IMG/VR virus record: IMGVR_UViG_3300036944_000550
Span: 32,536-96,535 of that record
Origin: a virus
Strand: one strand, 5' to 3'
Length of the DNA stretch: 64,000 nt
The translations under genes and the position numbers were made by a program. Shown here piece by piece: positions 45,914 to 55,924 of this stretch (position 1 is the first letter of the stretch; each line of letters opens with the position of its first letter). The notes beneath the pieces are model-generated. The model ran no database searches and had not been told where the DNA came from. It worked only from the letters and a program-made list of their open reading frames with translations.

Positions 45914-46880
45914 TTTCCCATCCTCCCCATTTCATTACTGATTTAGAATAAAATGTTTCATCATAATATCTATAATCATATTCTTGTACTTTACCATTAA
46001 ATTTTATACTGTAGAAATCGGTATATTCTGTAAAAAATGATAATGCTTCTTCTTTAGATAAATTTAAAACTCTACCCACTTCTGCATAACCTAATCCATT
46101 TTGCTCATTCGATGGATCTACGCCTTTTGATATCAACCATTCCGTAAATTCTGCATCAGTCGGAAATTCATATGTATTGCCAAAGTGACAATCAAATTCT
46201 CCGCTTATCAATCTATGCTCAGAAATTCCAGCATCTGTTACGTCATCGTCATTATCAAGATATGCTTCATACCAAGTTTTACCTGTCTGAGCGTAATGGA
46301 GATATACCAACCCATTATCAACAGTCTTGGTAAAGTTCTTTTTTTCATTTTGCGGAAGTTCTATTTTTTCATTGGCACCAAGCACACTGTAGTAGAAATA
46401 TCCGTTTCTAACTCTGTTATTCCATCGTTCCTTTTTGACTTCTTCGTCATACCAAGTTTCTAACCAATGGCAACAATGATTGAGCATGCATATTGACAGT
46501 CTAACTTCACCAGAAGAGGTCGCTAATAGTCTTGTTGGGTTCCAAACTTGCCCATGGGCAGTTTCGAAATGATGGTGCAATTTATTCAGCAATTGTTGAT
46601 CATACCGAATTCTAAGTACTGAATAATCTTCAGTTATTTTATACTCAGTTTTAGAATTGATAATATAAATCGCTCTGTCGAGTTCATCACAAACTTGTTG
46701 TGGAGTTCTATACTCACAATTAAATCCAAGTAAACTAAAATTTTTCACATAAACAATTGATTGCTTATCCATCAAACGGTCGAGTCGACTCAACCACAAT
46801 AATGATAAATTGCAATCATTAGGTTTGATATTGATATATTCTATATTATTCAGTCTATCTCTAAATCCAAGTTCTATCAT
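45894..46880 (-). CDS. Hypothetical protein with paired His motifs
   Basis: LNKLHHHFE and LNHCCHWLE; lies within the modification operon. Confidence 0.6.
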   Translation of the reverse strand: MIELGFRDRLNNIEYINIKPNDCNLSLLWLSRLDRLMDKQSIVYVKNFSLLGFNCEYRTPQQVCDELDRAIYIINSKTEYKITEDYSVLRIRYDQQLLNKLHHHFETAHGQVWNPTRLLATSSGEVRLSICMLNHCCHWLETWYDEEVKKERWNNRVRNGYFYYSVLGANEKIELPQNEKKNFTKTVDNGLVYLHYAQTGKTWYEAYLDNDDDVTDAGISEHRLISGEFDCHFGNTYEFPTDAEFTEWLISKGVDPSNEQNGLGYAEVGRVLNLSKEEALSFFTEYTDFYSIKFNGKVQEYDYRYYDETFYSKSVMKWGGWENVPENN

Positions 46881-47748
46881 GTAATTCTTTCATTATATTT
46901 TGGGCATGTTTTTCTTGCGATAGTTTTCCTGGGTGCTGTAAATCCCTTGCTTGTTTGTTATCCAAATAGTTAGGGAATATTTCTTCTGCTATGTTATGTG
47001 GCGCAACAATTTGCAACAATTCATGTGTTGGCATATCCCACGTAGTAAATAACACATTAATATTTCTCTCAGCAGCAATATCCAAGATATAATTAATGTT
47101 AAACGATAATTTAGATAATTGATAGTTTTCATGAATACCAAAAAATGGTTCCATGTATTTCTTGTGTACGTTGCTCCTAGAATTCGGAATCAAATCAGTT
47201 ACTATTCCATCCGGATCTATAAAAAATTCTCTGTAAACATGTGGTAACGTAAATACTGCTATATCAAGGTTGACAAATTTTGTAAACACAGAAAAAATTC
47301 TTGTAATTCTCTCGATGGATGATCCTCCTTTACCAACATTGAAAATTCTGGATTGGGTCAACTCTTCAAGATAATGTGGATGTATCTCGTGTGAAGGCAA
47401 TCCATCCCCGAACGTAAAACTATCACCAAAGCATCCTATCTTCTTCTTATCAGTTACAGTTAACTCCCATTTGTCTCTGAATAAATATGGATTTAAATGA
47501 TACTTCCAAGAATCCTGTATTAAACCTTGTTTAATAAGTTGCTCTTCAAAGTAATTGGTGTATTCCAGATAGACATCACGATAGGGAATTTGTTCTGGTT
47601 TTGGGTATGGCAACACATATCCCAGCACTCTAATATCATCTAAAGATAAAAATTTATGGTGCGAAATATCAGTTAACGCTTCTGACACAGATGGATCTCT
47701 GTAAAATTTTTTTTCTAATCTTATCTTTTGTAATATATCATTGTGCAT
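46861..47748 (-). CDS. SGNH/GDSL hydrolase-like protein
   Basis: CFGDSFTFGDG (block I), NVGKGGSS (block II), D.QHPG (block V). Confidence 0.75.
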   Translation of the reverse strand: MHNDILQKIRLEKKFYRDPSVSEALTDISHHKFLSLDDIRVLGYVLPYPKPEQIPYRDVYLEYTNYFEEQLIKQGLIQDSWKYHLNPYLFRDKWELTVTDKKKIGCFGDSFTFGDGLPSHEIHPHYLEELTQSRIFNVGKGGSSIERITRIFSVFTKFVNLDIAVFTLPHVYREFFIDPDGIVTDLIPNSRSNVHKKYMEPFFGIHENYQLSKLSFNINYILDIAAERNINVLFTTWDMPTHELLQIVAPHNIAEEIFPNYLDNKQARDLQHPGKLSQEKHAQNIMKELHDRTWI

Positions 47749-48997
47749 CTATAAACTCCGGATTAACTGCATAGAAATTTTGATTTCTAATATTATCAAG
47801 TCGATTAATTTTGTTTTTGAAATTATCCATCAGGTGACTATTGTCAGAAGAATACATGAAATCTATAATAGACGACCATCCAGAATACGGTATTCCCCAG
47901 TCAGATTGTAATTTCATACCATATATATGAATTTTCTCAGCACATCTATCCTTAAGAAGTTTCGGCATTACCGTAATACTGTATTCACTTGGAACGAACA
48001 GAGGATTTAAGTGGAATCTATCTGACCAATAATTTTCAATATTAATTTCCCGACCGCGAATATCAGTCAAAGGAATCAAATCGTTACTATGTAGAGTATT
48101 ATGGAGTTCTGTTAATCTGAAGATATTAAGAATACTGACAGTAGGATGGATCCAATAATCTGCAGACCTGCTTGCGCGAATTCGTTTAATATTCTCGAAT
48201 GTTTTATTCCAGTTTCCACGATAACGGATATACTCAAACGCATCACCTACGCCATCAATGCTCAAACTCAGATGGACATCTTTAAACTTCTTCCAGTAAT
48301 CTAGAACATTATATTTTTCTTTGCCAAGAGTAGTTCCATTGGTACTATATCTAAGTCGGACATTATGCCTTCCCTTTTCATCTAGTAGTTGAAGAATATT
48401 CCAATGTTCCGGCATTATGAGAGGTTCGCCACCCGCAAAATGTATCTGTTGCATACTACTAAGATTTCGTTCGATTTCTTCCCAAAATAAAGAAGATTTT
48501 TCTAGAGAAATAAGACCCAATTCAGTTTCATCATTTGGATGTAATACTTTCCAATCTTTACTCCACGAAGTGCTGAACAATGGTGCACATGTTACACATG
48601 CTAGATTACACTCATTACTAAAACGAAAGTCCCAATACAATAATCTTGCTTCGGAAATTGTTCCATCTGGTTGTGTAGATTGCACTAAATCTGCTACCGC
48701 ATCATACCACTGAGAATTCATCCCTGCGCGCATGGTGTTCAAACCATGATCGCCTTTATCTATGCAGCGATGACATTGTTCTGGTAAAGGTTTACCATCC
48801 AACATATCCTTTCTCATTTTCTTTGCGCTGTCACTATTCATAATCTCAAGAAATGATTGTTCTTTAACATTTCCAAAAGAATATTCAGATTTCAATGGAG
48901 TTTGGCAACAGGCATATGCTCTACCATCATTGATGACATGCAAGTGTGACCATAGTGCTGAACAGAATGTGGATTCGTTTTTATAATCTCTAGTCAT
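47738..48997 (-). CDS. Radical SAM protein with an N-terminal Twitch/SPASM-like Cys cluster
   Basis: FC.ALW, ACC, C..C; CNLACVTC; FAGGEPL; STNGT; SIDG. Confidence 0.9.
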   Translation of the reverse strand: MTRDYKNESTFCSALWSHLHVINDGRAYACCQTPLKSEYSFGNVKEQSFLEIMNSDSAKKMRKDMLDGKPLPEQCHRCIDKGDHGLNTMRAGMNSQWYDAVADLVQSTQPDGTISEARLLYWDFRFSNECNLACVTCAPLFSTSWSKDWKVLHPNDETELGLISLEKSSLFWEEIERNLSSMQQIHFAGGEPLIMPEHWNILQLLDEKGRHNVRLRYSTNGTTLGKEKYNVLDYWKKFKDVHLSLSIDGVGDAFEYIRYRGNWNKTFENIKRIRASRSADYWIHPTVSILNIFRLTELHNTLHSNDLIPLTDIRGREINIENYWSDRFHLNPLFVPSEYSITVMPKLLKDRCAEKIHIYGMKLQSDWGIPYSGWSSIIDFMYSSDNSHLMDNFKNKINRLDNIRNQNFYAVNPEFIDAQ

Positions 48998-50504
48998 AGT
49001 TGCCCAATGGGTCTCCGATATTGGAAGAATCCGGAGTAAGAATCCAACCTTCTTCTTTTGCGATGCGCATCAGATCTTCATCATTAATATATTGCTTTGT
49101 GCTGTCACCATTAATCAAATTGGTCTTATCTTTCAATTTTGTATCTGGCAATGTTTGATACCAGTCACGAAGAATTACCGGAAACGTCTCAACAAGATTT
49201 TTGTTTCTGCGTTGATCATATTGACTGTAGAATGTTTTAAAATCTCTCCAAAGAGTAATTTTATTGCTGGTTCTTCTGTGCGGTGCTTCTACAATATCAA
49301 GATAATCAATCAATCGTTCGATGCTTACCTTCTCAAAATCATTCCATAATGGACGTTCTTTTGCTTGCTCATACCATGTGAGTAGTTTCTCTCGACAATA
49401 ATTCTTAATATGATCAGGAAGCGCAAGAGGACTTTGGAAACTGGGGAACCGCAGTAGATTCAAACTCAAAGTAGGTGTTTTAGAGTTTGTCATTTGTTTA
49501 ATTGAATATATATCATCCATAAATTCAGTTATGTCAAATAAACATAGACTGTTGATGGTCATCATAATATTCAATCCCTGAACATTACCTTCTGTGATTA
49601 GACGAATAAGGTTCTTTCTCCAAACAACATAATCAAAACCATCACGAATATACTCTGCATGATCTTTAGATGATTCACAACTAGTATATACTGAGAAACT
49701 TTTGATATTTTTACTTTTCTCAATCAATCTATCGATGGTTTCATCTTTAGCAATCAAGTTGGTATTGATAGCAAATGCCATGTCACTATCTTGTTTCTCA
49801 AACCAATCAAGTAGTCTCCATGTTTCAGGACTCATCAGCGGTTCGCCACCAGTAATCCTTAACTCTTTCAGTGTATCAGCAAGACCGTTGTCCCACCATT
49901 TCCAGAAAGCATCAATATACGGATTGGTATCATCCTTACTAAATGGTTCGGTCCAAGAACCATCTTGCTCAAAGGCACCTGCACCATCTGACACTAAGTT
50001 TTGATATGGTCCATTCTGTTTAATATCTCTTGCCCATGAGGTAGAGAAACTAGCATTGCAATATGAACAAGCAAGATTACAAGTTCTATCAAATGCAATC
50101 TCAAAAGTCCGGAGGGATGCATCATCCTTCCAATCGCTCGTATATGCTTTTTCGAGATCATCTTCTGTGTGGATTATAGATTTGAATACTCGATCGCTGA
50201 CATTGTCTCTGCCAATATCTTCAATTTTCCAGCAATACTCACACTCAGAAGGTCGATCACCATCCTGCATCATCTTACGCATTGCTTTTTTATGCATAGT
50301 ATTATGGATTGCAGAAGGATTGTTAGCAACCTCTTCAAGTGGAATCTTATGTGCGGGTGGGTGATGACAACTTGCTGTTGTCCCACTACCCAACCAAGTG
50401 GTCGCATTATACCATTTTGCGCCGCAAAAACTTTTAGACTTACTATCTAAAACTCTGTTACGGTATTCCAGTAGTGTCTCATCAGGTTTCTTGAACGAAG
50501 TCAT
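48990..50504 (-). CDS. Radical SAM protein with an N-terminal Cys cluster
   Basis: FCGAKW, SCHHP, ECEYCW; CNLACSYC; ITGGEPL. Confidence 0.9.
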   Translation of the reverse strand: MTSFKKPDETLLEYRNRVLDSKSKSFCGAKWYNATTWLGSGTTASCHHPPAHKIPLEEVANNPSAIHNTMHKKAMRKMMQDGDRPSECEYCWKIEDIGRDNVSDRVFKSIIHTEDDLEKAYTSDWKDDASLRTFEIAFDRTCNLACSYCNASFSTSWARDIKQNGPYQNLVSDGAGAFEQDGSWTEPFSKDDTNPYIDAFWKWWDNGLADTLKELRITGGEPLMSPETWRLLDWFEKQDSDMAFAINTNLIAKDETIDRLIEKSKNIKSFSVYTSCESSKDHAEYIRDGFDYVVWRKNLIRLITEGNVQGLNIMMTINSLCLFDITEFMDDIYSIKQMTNSKTPTLSLNLLRFPSFQSPLALPDHIKNYCREKLLTWYEQAKERPLWNDFEKVSIERLIDYLDIVEAPHRRTSNKITLWRDFKTFYSQYDQRRNKNLVETFPVILRDWYQTLPDTKLKDKTNLINGDSTKQYINDEDLMRIAKEEGWILTPDSSNIGDPLGNYD

Positions 50505-50505
50505 A

Positions 50506-51885
50506 TTAATCTTTCCACTCTTCAAGTAAGTTCACATACATCGGGAATGTAATGCTGAAGTTCTTATTTCTTCTTATATCATATTCGTTTACAAATTTAA
50601 CGAAGTCACTACGATATTTATCTGCAGTTGGAGTAGTCCTCAGATAATCACAGAATCTTTTAATTTGATCCCATTCTTCAAGATATAGTCTTGCCCACTG
50701 TGATGATGAATGATACTTCAACCAACCTTCACAATATTTCTCAATCTTATCTGCATACTCTATTCTGGTTTCAGTGTTGAGTAGTGTTGCCTGTAAGTAT
50801 GGAGGATACCGTAAGTAGTTAACACTCAACGGAACTCTGTTTTCTTCGGTATTTCTGTTAAACAGAACACGCAGATCCATAACATGCTCGACGAATTCTG
50901 CAAAAGATGGTAAACTTAAAATATTAATCGTTGTCATAATGTTAACACGGAAGTTGGTTTCGCGTAGAATGCGTTCTACGTTTGCATACCACTTCATGTA
51001 GTTAATACCATCACGAGCATACTCTGCTTGTGCGAAGGTGCTCTCCGCGCTAGTATAAATTTGAATATCTTTGACTTTACCCTCGAGAGAGTTAATTGTC
51101 TCAATCAACTTATCAACTAACTGATCGGGCACACCCAAGTTTGTATTAATACCAAGTTCTATGTCAGCAGGAGGGTTCTGTTTGATCAGTTCCATTGTTT
51201 CCCAGAAATCCTTGCTCATAGTGGGTTCACCACCAGTCATACGAAACACTTTCACATGCTTCATCGCTTCTGGGAACCACTCTTTAAATGCTTCCGAGTA
51301 TGGATTATGTTCGCTGTTCTTATATGGGAATCGTCCTACCTGTTTCAACCATTCTAGATTACTTGTTCCGAATTGCGTAGGATATGGACCATTCTGTTTA
51401 ACGTCATCCATCCACTTACTAGAAATTTCAGGTGAACAATATGCACAAGCAAAATTACAAGCATTAGAAAACGAAACTTCAAGATATGTTGGGAATACAT
51501 TCGCATCCCATGCCGTATGCGCGATCTCATCAATCTTATCATATGACCACCATTCCGCAGTCTTGTAATGTCTGTCTGAAAAATACTCTGTATTGAGATC
51601 TTCAATTTTCCAGCAGTATTCACATTCAGATGGACGCTCGCCCTCTAGCATCTTCTTACGTTGCTGTTTCTTGAAAGAACTATTGCTCAACGCATTAATA
51701 TCATTCGCAAGTTCTTCTAGTGGAATTTTATGCGGAGATGGATGGTGACATGAATGATTGTAACCATTTTGCAAATATAAGGTTGTTTGCAACCATTTTG
51801 CTGCACAGAAAGAAGGACTTACTGCATTGATAACATCACGTTTCCTACCCAGTTCTTCTATTCGTTCTTCGTTCGGTATTATCAT
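50506..51885 (-). CDS. Radical SAM protein with an N-terminal Cys cluster; paralogue of 48990-50504
   Basis: FCAAKW, SCHHP, ECEYCW; CNFACAYC; MTGGEPT. Confidence 0.9.
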   Translation of the reverse strand: MIIPNEERIEELGRKRDVINAVSPSFCAAKWLQTTLYLQNGYNHSCHHPSPHKIPLEELANDINALSNSSFKKQQRKKMLEGERPSECEYCWKIEDLNTEYFSDRHYKTAEWWSYDKIDEIAHTAWDANVFPTYLEVSFSNACNFACAYCSPEISSKWMDDVKQNGPYPTQFGTSNLEWLKQVGRFPYKNSEHNPYSEAFKEWFPEAMKHVKVFRMTGGEPTMSKDFWETMELIKQNPPADIELGINTNLGVPDQLVDKLIETINSLEGKVKDIQIYTSAESTFAQAEYARDGINYMKWYANVERILRETNFRVNIMTTINILSLPSFAEFVEHVMDLRVLFNRNTEENRVPLSVNYLRYPPYLQATLLNTETRIEYADKIEKYCEGWLKYHSSSQWARLYLEEWDQIKRFCDYLRTTPTADKYRSDFVKFVNEYDIRRNKNFSITFPMYVNLLEEWKD

Positions 51886-52466
51886 TTATAACCCACTGCC
51901 ATGTATCTATAGAAATGCCCACACTTCAACATACCTGCATACTGCGGATTTTTAATATTGTTGATTGTTAAAAATTCTTCTAGATTATCGGCAATGCGGA
52001 CATGCTCAGGATTAACTAGATTATTTCCTTGGACGATATATTTAGTCGTGTTAGGAATAGAGTCCCACCACGCATCATATACTTCTTGTGTAACATGCTC
52101 GGTACTGGTATTGATCACCAGATCCGGATGTGAATGATTGAGCGGCATGCCATTTCGCATGTCGTGTTGACGAAATGTGATATCGTGATAGCACTCATCG
52201 ATGGCATCAAATACCTGTTTACAATCAGAAGACAAGTCAGTAGTTAGAATTCGCGCATCAGGAAACTTATGTGCAATAAACTGTGCAAGAACTCCATACC
52301 ACCCACCGAAAATTACGATAGATCTATCCATGTGAGTTACATGTTCGAGCAACCATTTCTTGCTCTCGATTTGACTGTCCCAAAAGTTCTCGGAGAATCT
52401 GTATGCATTATCTGGATTATTGCGGATATATTGCATCCATAGCATCACAACATCAAAATTAACCAC
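51882..52466 (-). CDS. Class I SAM-dependent methyltransferase-like protein
   Basis: QIESKKWL, IVIFGGWYG, DLVINTSTEH, RYMAVG. The GTG start overlaps the end of the upstream gene. Confidence 0.65.
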   Translation of the reverse strand: MVNFDVVMLWMQYIRNNPDNAYRFSENFWDSQIESKKWLLEHVTHMDRSIVIFGGWYGVLAQFIAHKFPDARILTTDLSSDCKQVFDAIDECYHDITFRQHDMRNGMPLNHSHPDLVINTSTEHVTQEVYDAWWDSIPNTTKYIVQGNNLVNPEHVRIADNLEEFLTINNIKNPQYAGMLKCGHFYRYMAVGYK

Positions 52467-52860
52467 GACGCATCTTCGCAATCTCCAAAATTTGTTCATC
52501 ATTAATAACAGGAACAGCATTGCTCTTATGTAGAACGCTGATACCCTTGATAAGTGTGCCTGTGTAGATCTGTTCTTTGCGAGAATAGTTTACACCAATA
52601 CCATCACCAGAAGGATACTTGTGACGATGGTCGCTGACTTCATATTTAGGGAGAGGTGTGCCACGCAACTTGGGATTATACTTACCCTGACGATAGGAGA
52701 CATACTCATCGAATGTCTTTGTCTTGCTACCAATCCGCTTCATCTGCTTATTGTAATCTACCCAGTCCTGGGAATACCGTGCAGCGACACCCTTGTTAGA
52801 AGTCTTGCGCTTCTTGGTGCTAGTGGTGGTGAACGCATGTGACATAAGTTGCATAGACAT
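52459..52860 (-). CDS. Hypothetical basic phage protein
   Basis: C-terminal YTGTLIKGISVLHKSNAVPV...MRRG; AAGGA RBS; sigma70 promoter upstream. Confidence 0.7.
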   Translation of the reverse strand: MSMQLMSHAFTTTSTKKRKTSNKGVAARYSQDWVDYNKQMKRIGSKTKTFDEYVSYRQGKYNPKLRGTPLPKYEVSDHRHKYPSGDGIGVNYSRKEQIYTGTLIKGISVLHKSNAVPVINDEQILEIAKMRRG

Positions 52861-52889
52861 AACAGAATCCTTTTCTAACTCAACATACT

Positions 52890-52962
52890 CTTATACCTTA
52901 TCCAATGGAAAATGTCAAGCTAAAAATAAGGGCTTGACATTTTTTAAATTATAGAGTAGAAT
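52890..52962. promoter_or_regulatory. Back-to-back divergent sigma70 promoters whose -35 regions form a 12-bp inverted repeat
   Basis: Minus strand TTGACA(52918-52913)-N17-TATAAG; plus strand TTGACA(52934-52939)-N17-TAGAAT; AAAATGTCAAGC/GCTTGACATTTT. Confidence 0.75.
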
Positions 52963-52983
52963 GGTTAATCAATAGGAGAAGAA

Positions 52984-53259
52984 ATGATGAATATTTTTTA
53001 TGAAACTGGTAACGCGAAAAATAGCGATTTTAATCCGTTCACAATCCTGAAAATGAATCCTAATAGTGCTTGGGCGAATCATTCATATAATCATTTTGTT
53101 CTGTGTCACATCTTCCGCAATTCGCCCGATACACGAGAAAAAATTCAAGCCGGAAAAGAAATTGAAATCGCTGAACGAAAAATGACTTTCTGGGAACGCC
53201 ATCGTGAGTTTGATCGTGAGTCTGCCGAATATTATAGAAAAAAATATTACCGAATGTAA
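52984..53259 (+). CDS. Hypothetical early protein
   Basis: AGGAG RBS, downstream of a sigma70 promoter. Confidence 0.7.
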   Translation: MMNIFYETGNAKNSDFNPFTILKMNPNSAWANHSYNHFVLCHIFRNSPDTREKIQAGKEIEIAERKMTFWERHREFDRESAEYYRKKYYRM

Positions 53260-53262
53260 TTT

Positions 53263-53296
53263 GGGGCTTGACTTTTCTGTAGAAATGGGGTATAGT
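53263..53296 (+). promoter_or_regulatory. Sigma70-type promoter GGGGCTTGACT-N17-TATAGT
   Basis: TTGACT at 53268-53273, TATAGT at 53291-53296. Confidence 0.75.
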
Positions 53297-53318
53297 AAAT
53301 TATATTATGGAGGTTTTG

Positions 53319-53513
53319 ATGGTTATTGATATTACTCAGCGCGAAGAAGAATTGCTAGAACTGCTCGGCGTTTCGTGGAACGGGTGGCAGTATGAACAGC
53401 AAAATTTTGCTGAAATTAATTTTGAGTTGGAAGCGAACGGTGTTCCCAATTATAAATCTTTCGAGGAATACCTCGAAGGTCGTCTTAAATATAAGCAAAG
53501 GATTGCAGCATAA
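53319..53513 (+). CDS. Hypothetical early protein
   Basis: GGAGG RBS before the ATG at 53319; coupled to the next ORF. Confidence 0.6.
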   Translation: MVIDITQREEELLELLGVSWNGWQYEQQNFAEINFELEANGVPNYKSFEEYLEGRLKYKQRIAA

Positions 53514-53728
53514 TGGTTAGTATTACAACTGAAGTCGAAGTTTACATGGACGACTTTGATGACCGAGATCTGATCGAAGAACTCACAGATCGAGGTTACT
53601 ACGTTAGCAAATCAAGCGGTGACATTCCTGTCGCACAGAGTCTTTATGATGCATGGGTCTACAAGACTGGCAATTTTGAAGATCTATTTCGGCAATTTTG
53701 CCAACAATCAATTGGGAGAAGTTTTTAA
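53513..53728 (+). CDS. Hypothetical early protein
   Basis: TAATG coupling; EVEVYMDDFDDRDLIEEL. Confidence 0.65.
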   Translation: MVSITTEVEVYMDDFDDRDLIEELTDRGYYVSKSSGDIPVAQSLYDAWVYKTGNFEDLFRQFCQQSIGRSF

Positions 53729-53898
53729 TGTCTACAACAATTCACGATCAGGAAATCGATGAGCACTTCGGTCGAGTTGAAAGCGAACTCAATACACAAG
53801 AAGTAACAGAAACTCCTGTTGTGTTTTTCCGATTCAACGAGGAAAAGGACAACCCACTACTTACTTGGACGTGGCACGGTAAACCCCATCGAAGTTAG
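53728..53898 (+). CDS. Hypothetical protein
   Basis: TAATG coupling with a GGAG RBS; the 3' end overlaps the cyclase gene. Confidence 0.45.
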   Translation: MSTTIHDQEIDEHFGRVESELNTQEVTETPVVFFRFNEEKDNPLLTWTWHGKPHRS

Positions 53899-55924
53899 CA
53901 GGAGGTTCGCCCTCCATGCGCTCGAGCATCATGTCATAGTAATTTACCAACTCTCCTTGCCAGCACTTCTTTAAGTCGCTGGCAAACATTTTAGCGTCTT
54001 CCCAATTTCCGCTACGGTAAAATCCTAAGAATTTCTTATGTTGTAATTCACCAGCAGTATCATAGAATGGGAATGCTGTATATATTCTAGCAGGTTCTGT
54101 CTTACCTTTAACAGCAATTAGATCAAGTTCTACTACTTGGTATACATCCCCAACCAATTCGGCAGTTTGCGGTCCGAGGACGAGTTTGACTCCATAAGGC
54201 TTGGATTGACCTTCCAGACGAGCAGCCAAATTAACGCCATCCCCCAAGCAAGTATAGTCAAAACGCTGAGTGCTGCCCATATTACCAACAACCACAGTGG
54301 CAGTGTTAATACCAAGACCCATCCCAAAAGCGGGTACACCTTCTCTTTTAATTTCGTCATTGAAAATCTCCAAATCTTTTAGCATCTGAAAGGCAGTTCT
54401 TACTGCATCTAACGCATGCTTGTTATTATCCAACGGTGCATTCCAGAATGCCATCTGAGCATCACCAATATACTTGTCTAGTGTACCCTTGTTCTCAAGG
54501 ATTGCTCTTGTCATCACCGTCATGTAGCGATTCATAATCTTCGTAAGACCTTGAACGTCTTCACCGTAGTGTTCAGAGATGGTAGTAAACCCACGAACGT
54601 CTGTAAACATGATCGACAGTTCCCTAGAGTCACCACCAAGTGTCAGAAGTTCTGGTTGCCTTTGTAACTGAGCGACAAGATCTGGTGACAGATAGGTTCC
54701 GAACTGCTTCTTAATTTGCTGTTTCTGTAGATATTCAGAAATATACTTTGCGGTGAAGATGTGAATATAGATGAGAGCAATAGCAAATACGTTAAATGTT
54801 ACATCGAACAGAATACCTTTGCTCGCAAACAGATAAACAGGTAGATAGAAATATCCACCGAGAATCACAGCAATATAAATTATAGAGAATTTAAAACGAG
54901 AAAGAATGATCAATGCCAGAGCAAGACCAAGAAAAGCAGCGAGATCCGCAATTGCTGACCAGTTCGGAATCGCAACCGAATCCCCATTTATCAGAGTTTC
55001 AAGAATACTCGCCTGAAGGACATGGGGATATTGCGCACCTGAGGGAGTCGCTACAGGGTTCGCTATACCAGCAGCAGTTACGCCAACAATTACAATTTTC
55101 CCATCAAGACGAGGAATATCAGAACCTACTTCAACAGATGGAAATACATAATTGGGATTAATAAACGTTCTTCCATATTCATCTGTTTTAATTGTCTCGA
55201 AAGAAGGAATTCGTAATGCTTCAACCCCAGTCTGATTTATCTTTGCCTGATACGAAGGGTCTCCGGCAGCAACTCTTAACATTTCTAGAGCAAACGCAGG
55301 ATAGTATTCACCCTCTGATGTTGCGAGAAGCGGAACTCGTCGCACAACTCCGTCAGATTCAGGAAGAGTTGACGTTACTCCAACACCAGCAGCATTCTGC
55401 TGAAGCATTGCTAGATTCGATAGGACGCATGGATATGACGAAATAAAGTCTGTCGCCTGACCGTCTCCAATCACAGCAACTCCTGTCCGACCTAGATCCG
55501 CTCGGTGAGCACTCTTTGATGCAGTACAGTCAGCGGACACAGTCTGACTGAGAACTACTGGATACTGATTTAAGGTATCCGAAAGAACTCGATCAGTCCC
55601 CATCCGATCAGACTCAGGCATAAGTATAGTGCTACCAACAAGAGTAGCCCCTCTAGCATAAAGGTCGCTAATAATTTGAGCATGGACCTCACGTGGAAAC
55701 GGCCACTGACCATATTTCTCAATTGCTTTCTCCCCAATATTGACTGTTACAATTTGTTCAGATTGCGTCGGCGAACCGAGCATCAAATAATCATAAAACT
55801 TCAATCTCGCGGATTCGACCATGTATGGATTTGCTAGTTTTACTGTTAACAATACCGCAAAAGTAATCAATGCCAACCATGGCGAGAGTAGAACTTTTTT
55901 AGTTTTTTGTATAAGAGTATCCAT
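53861..55924 (-). CDS. CHASE2-domain class III adenylate cyclase
   Basis: N-terminal TM, CHASE2 (GQWPFPR, DGVVRRVPL, GKIVIVG), three TMs, and a cyclase core FTDVRGFT, DKYIGDAQMAFW, GDGVNLAARLEG. Confidence 0.93.
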   Translation of the reverse strand: MDTLIQKTKKVLLSPWLALITFAVLLTVKLANPYMVESARLKFYDYLMLGSPTQSEQIVTVNIGEKAIEKYGQWPFPREVHAQIISDLYARGATLVGSTILMPESDRMGTDRVLSDTLNQYPVVLSQTVSADCTASKSAHRADLGRTGVAVIGDGQATDFISSYPCVLSNLAMLQQNAAGVGVTSTLPESDGVVRRVPLLATSEGEYYPAFALEMLRVAAGDPSYQAKINQTGVEALRIPSFETIKTDEYGRTFINPNYVFPSVEVGSDIPRLDGKIVIVGVTAAGIANPVATPSGAQYPHVLQASILETLINGDSVAIPNWSAIADLAAFLGLALALIILSRFKFSIIYIAVILGGYFYLPVYLFASKGILFDVTFNVFAIALIYIHIFTAKYISEYLQKQQIKKQFGTYLSPDLVAQLQRQPELLTLGGDSRELSIMFTDVRGFTTISEHYGEDVQGLTKIMNRYMTVMTRAILENKGTLDKYIGDAQMAFWNAPLDNNKHALDAVRTAFQMLKDLEIFNDEIKREGVPAFGMGLGINTATVVVGNMGSTQRFDYTCLGDGVNLAARLEGQSKPYGVKLVLGPQTAELVGDVYQVVELDLIAVKGKTEPARIYTAFPFYDTAGELQHKKFLGFYRSGNWEDAKMFASDLKKCWQGELVNYYDMMLERMEGEPPANFDGVYRATSK

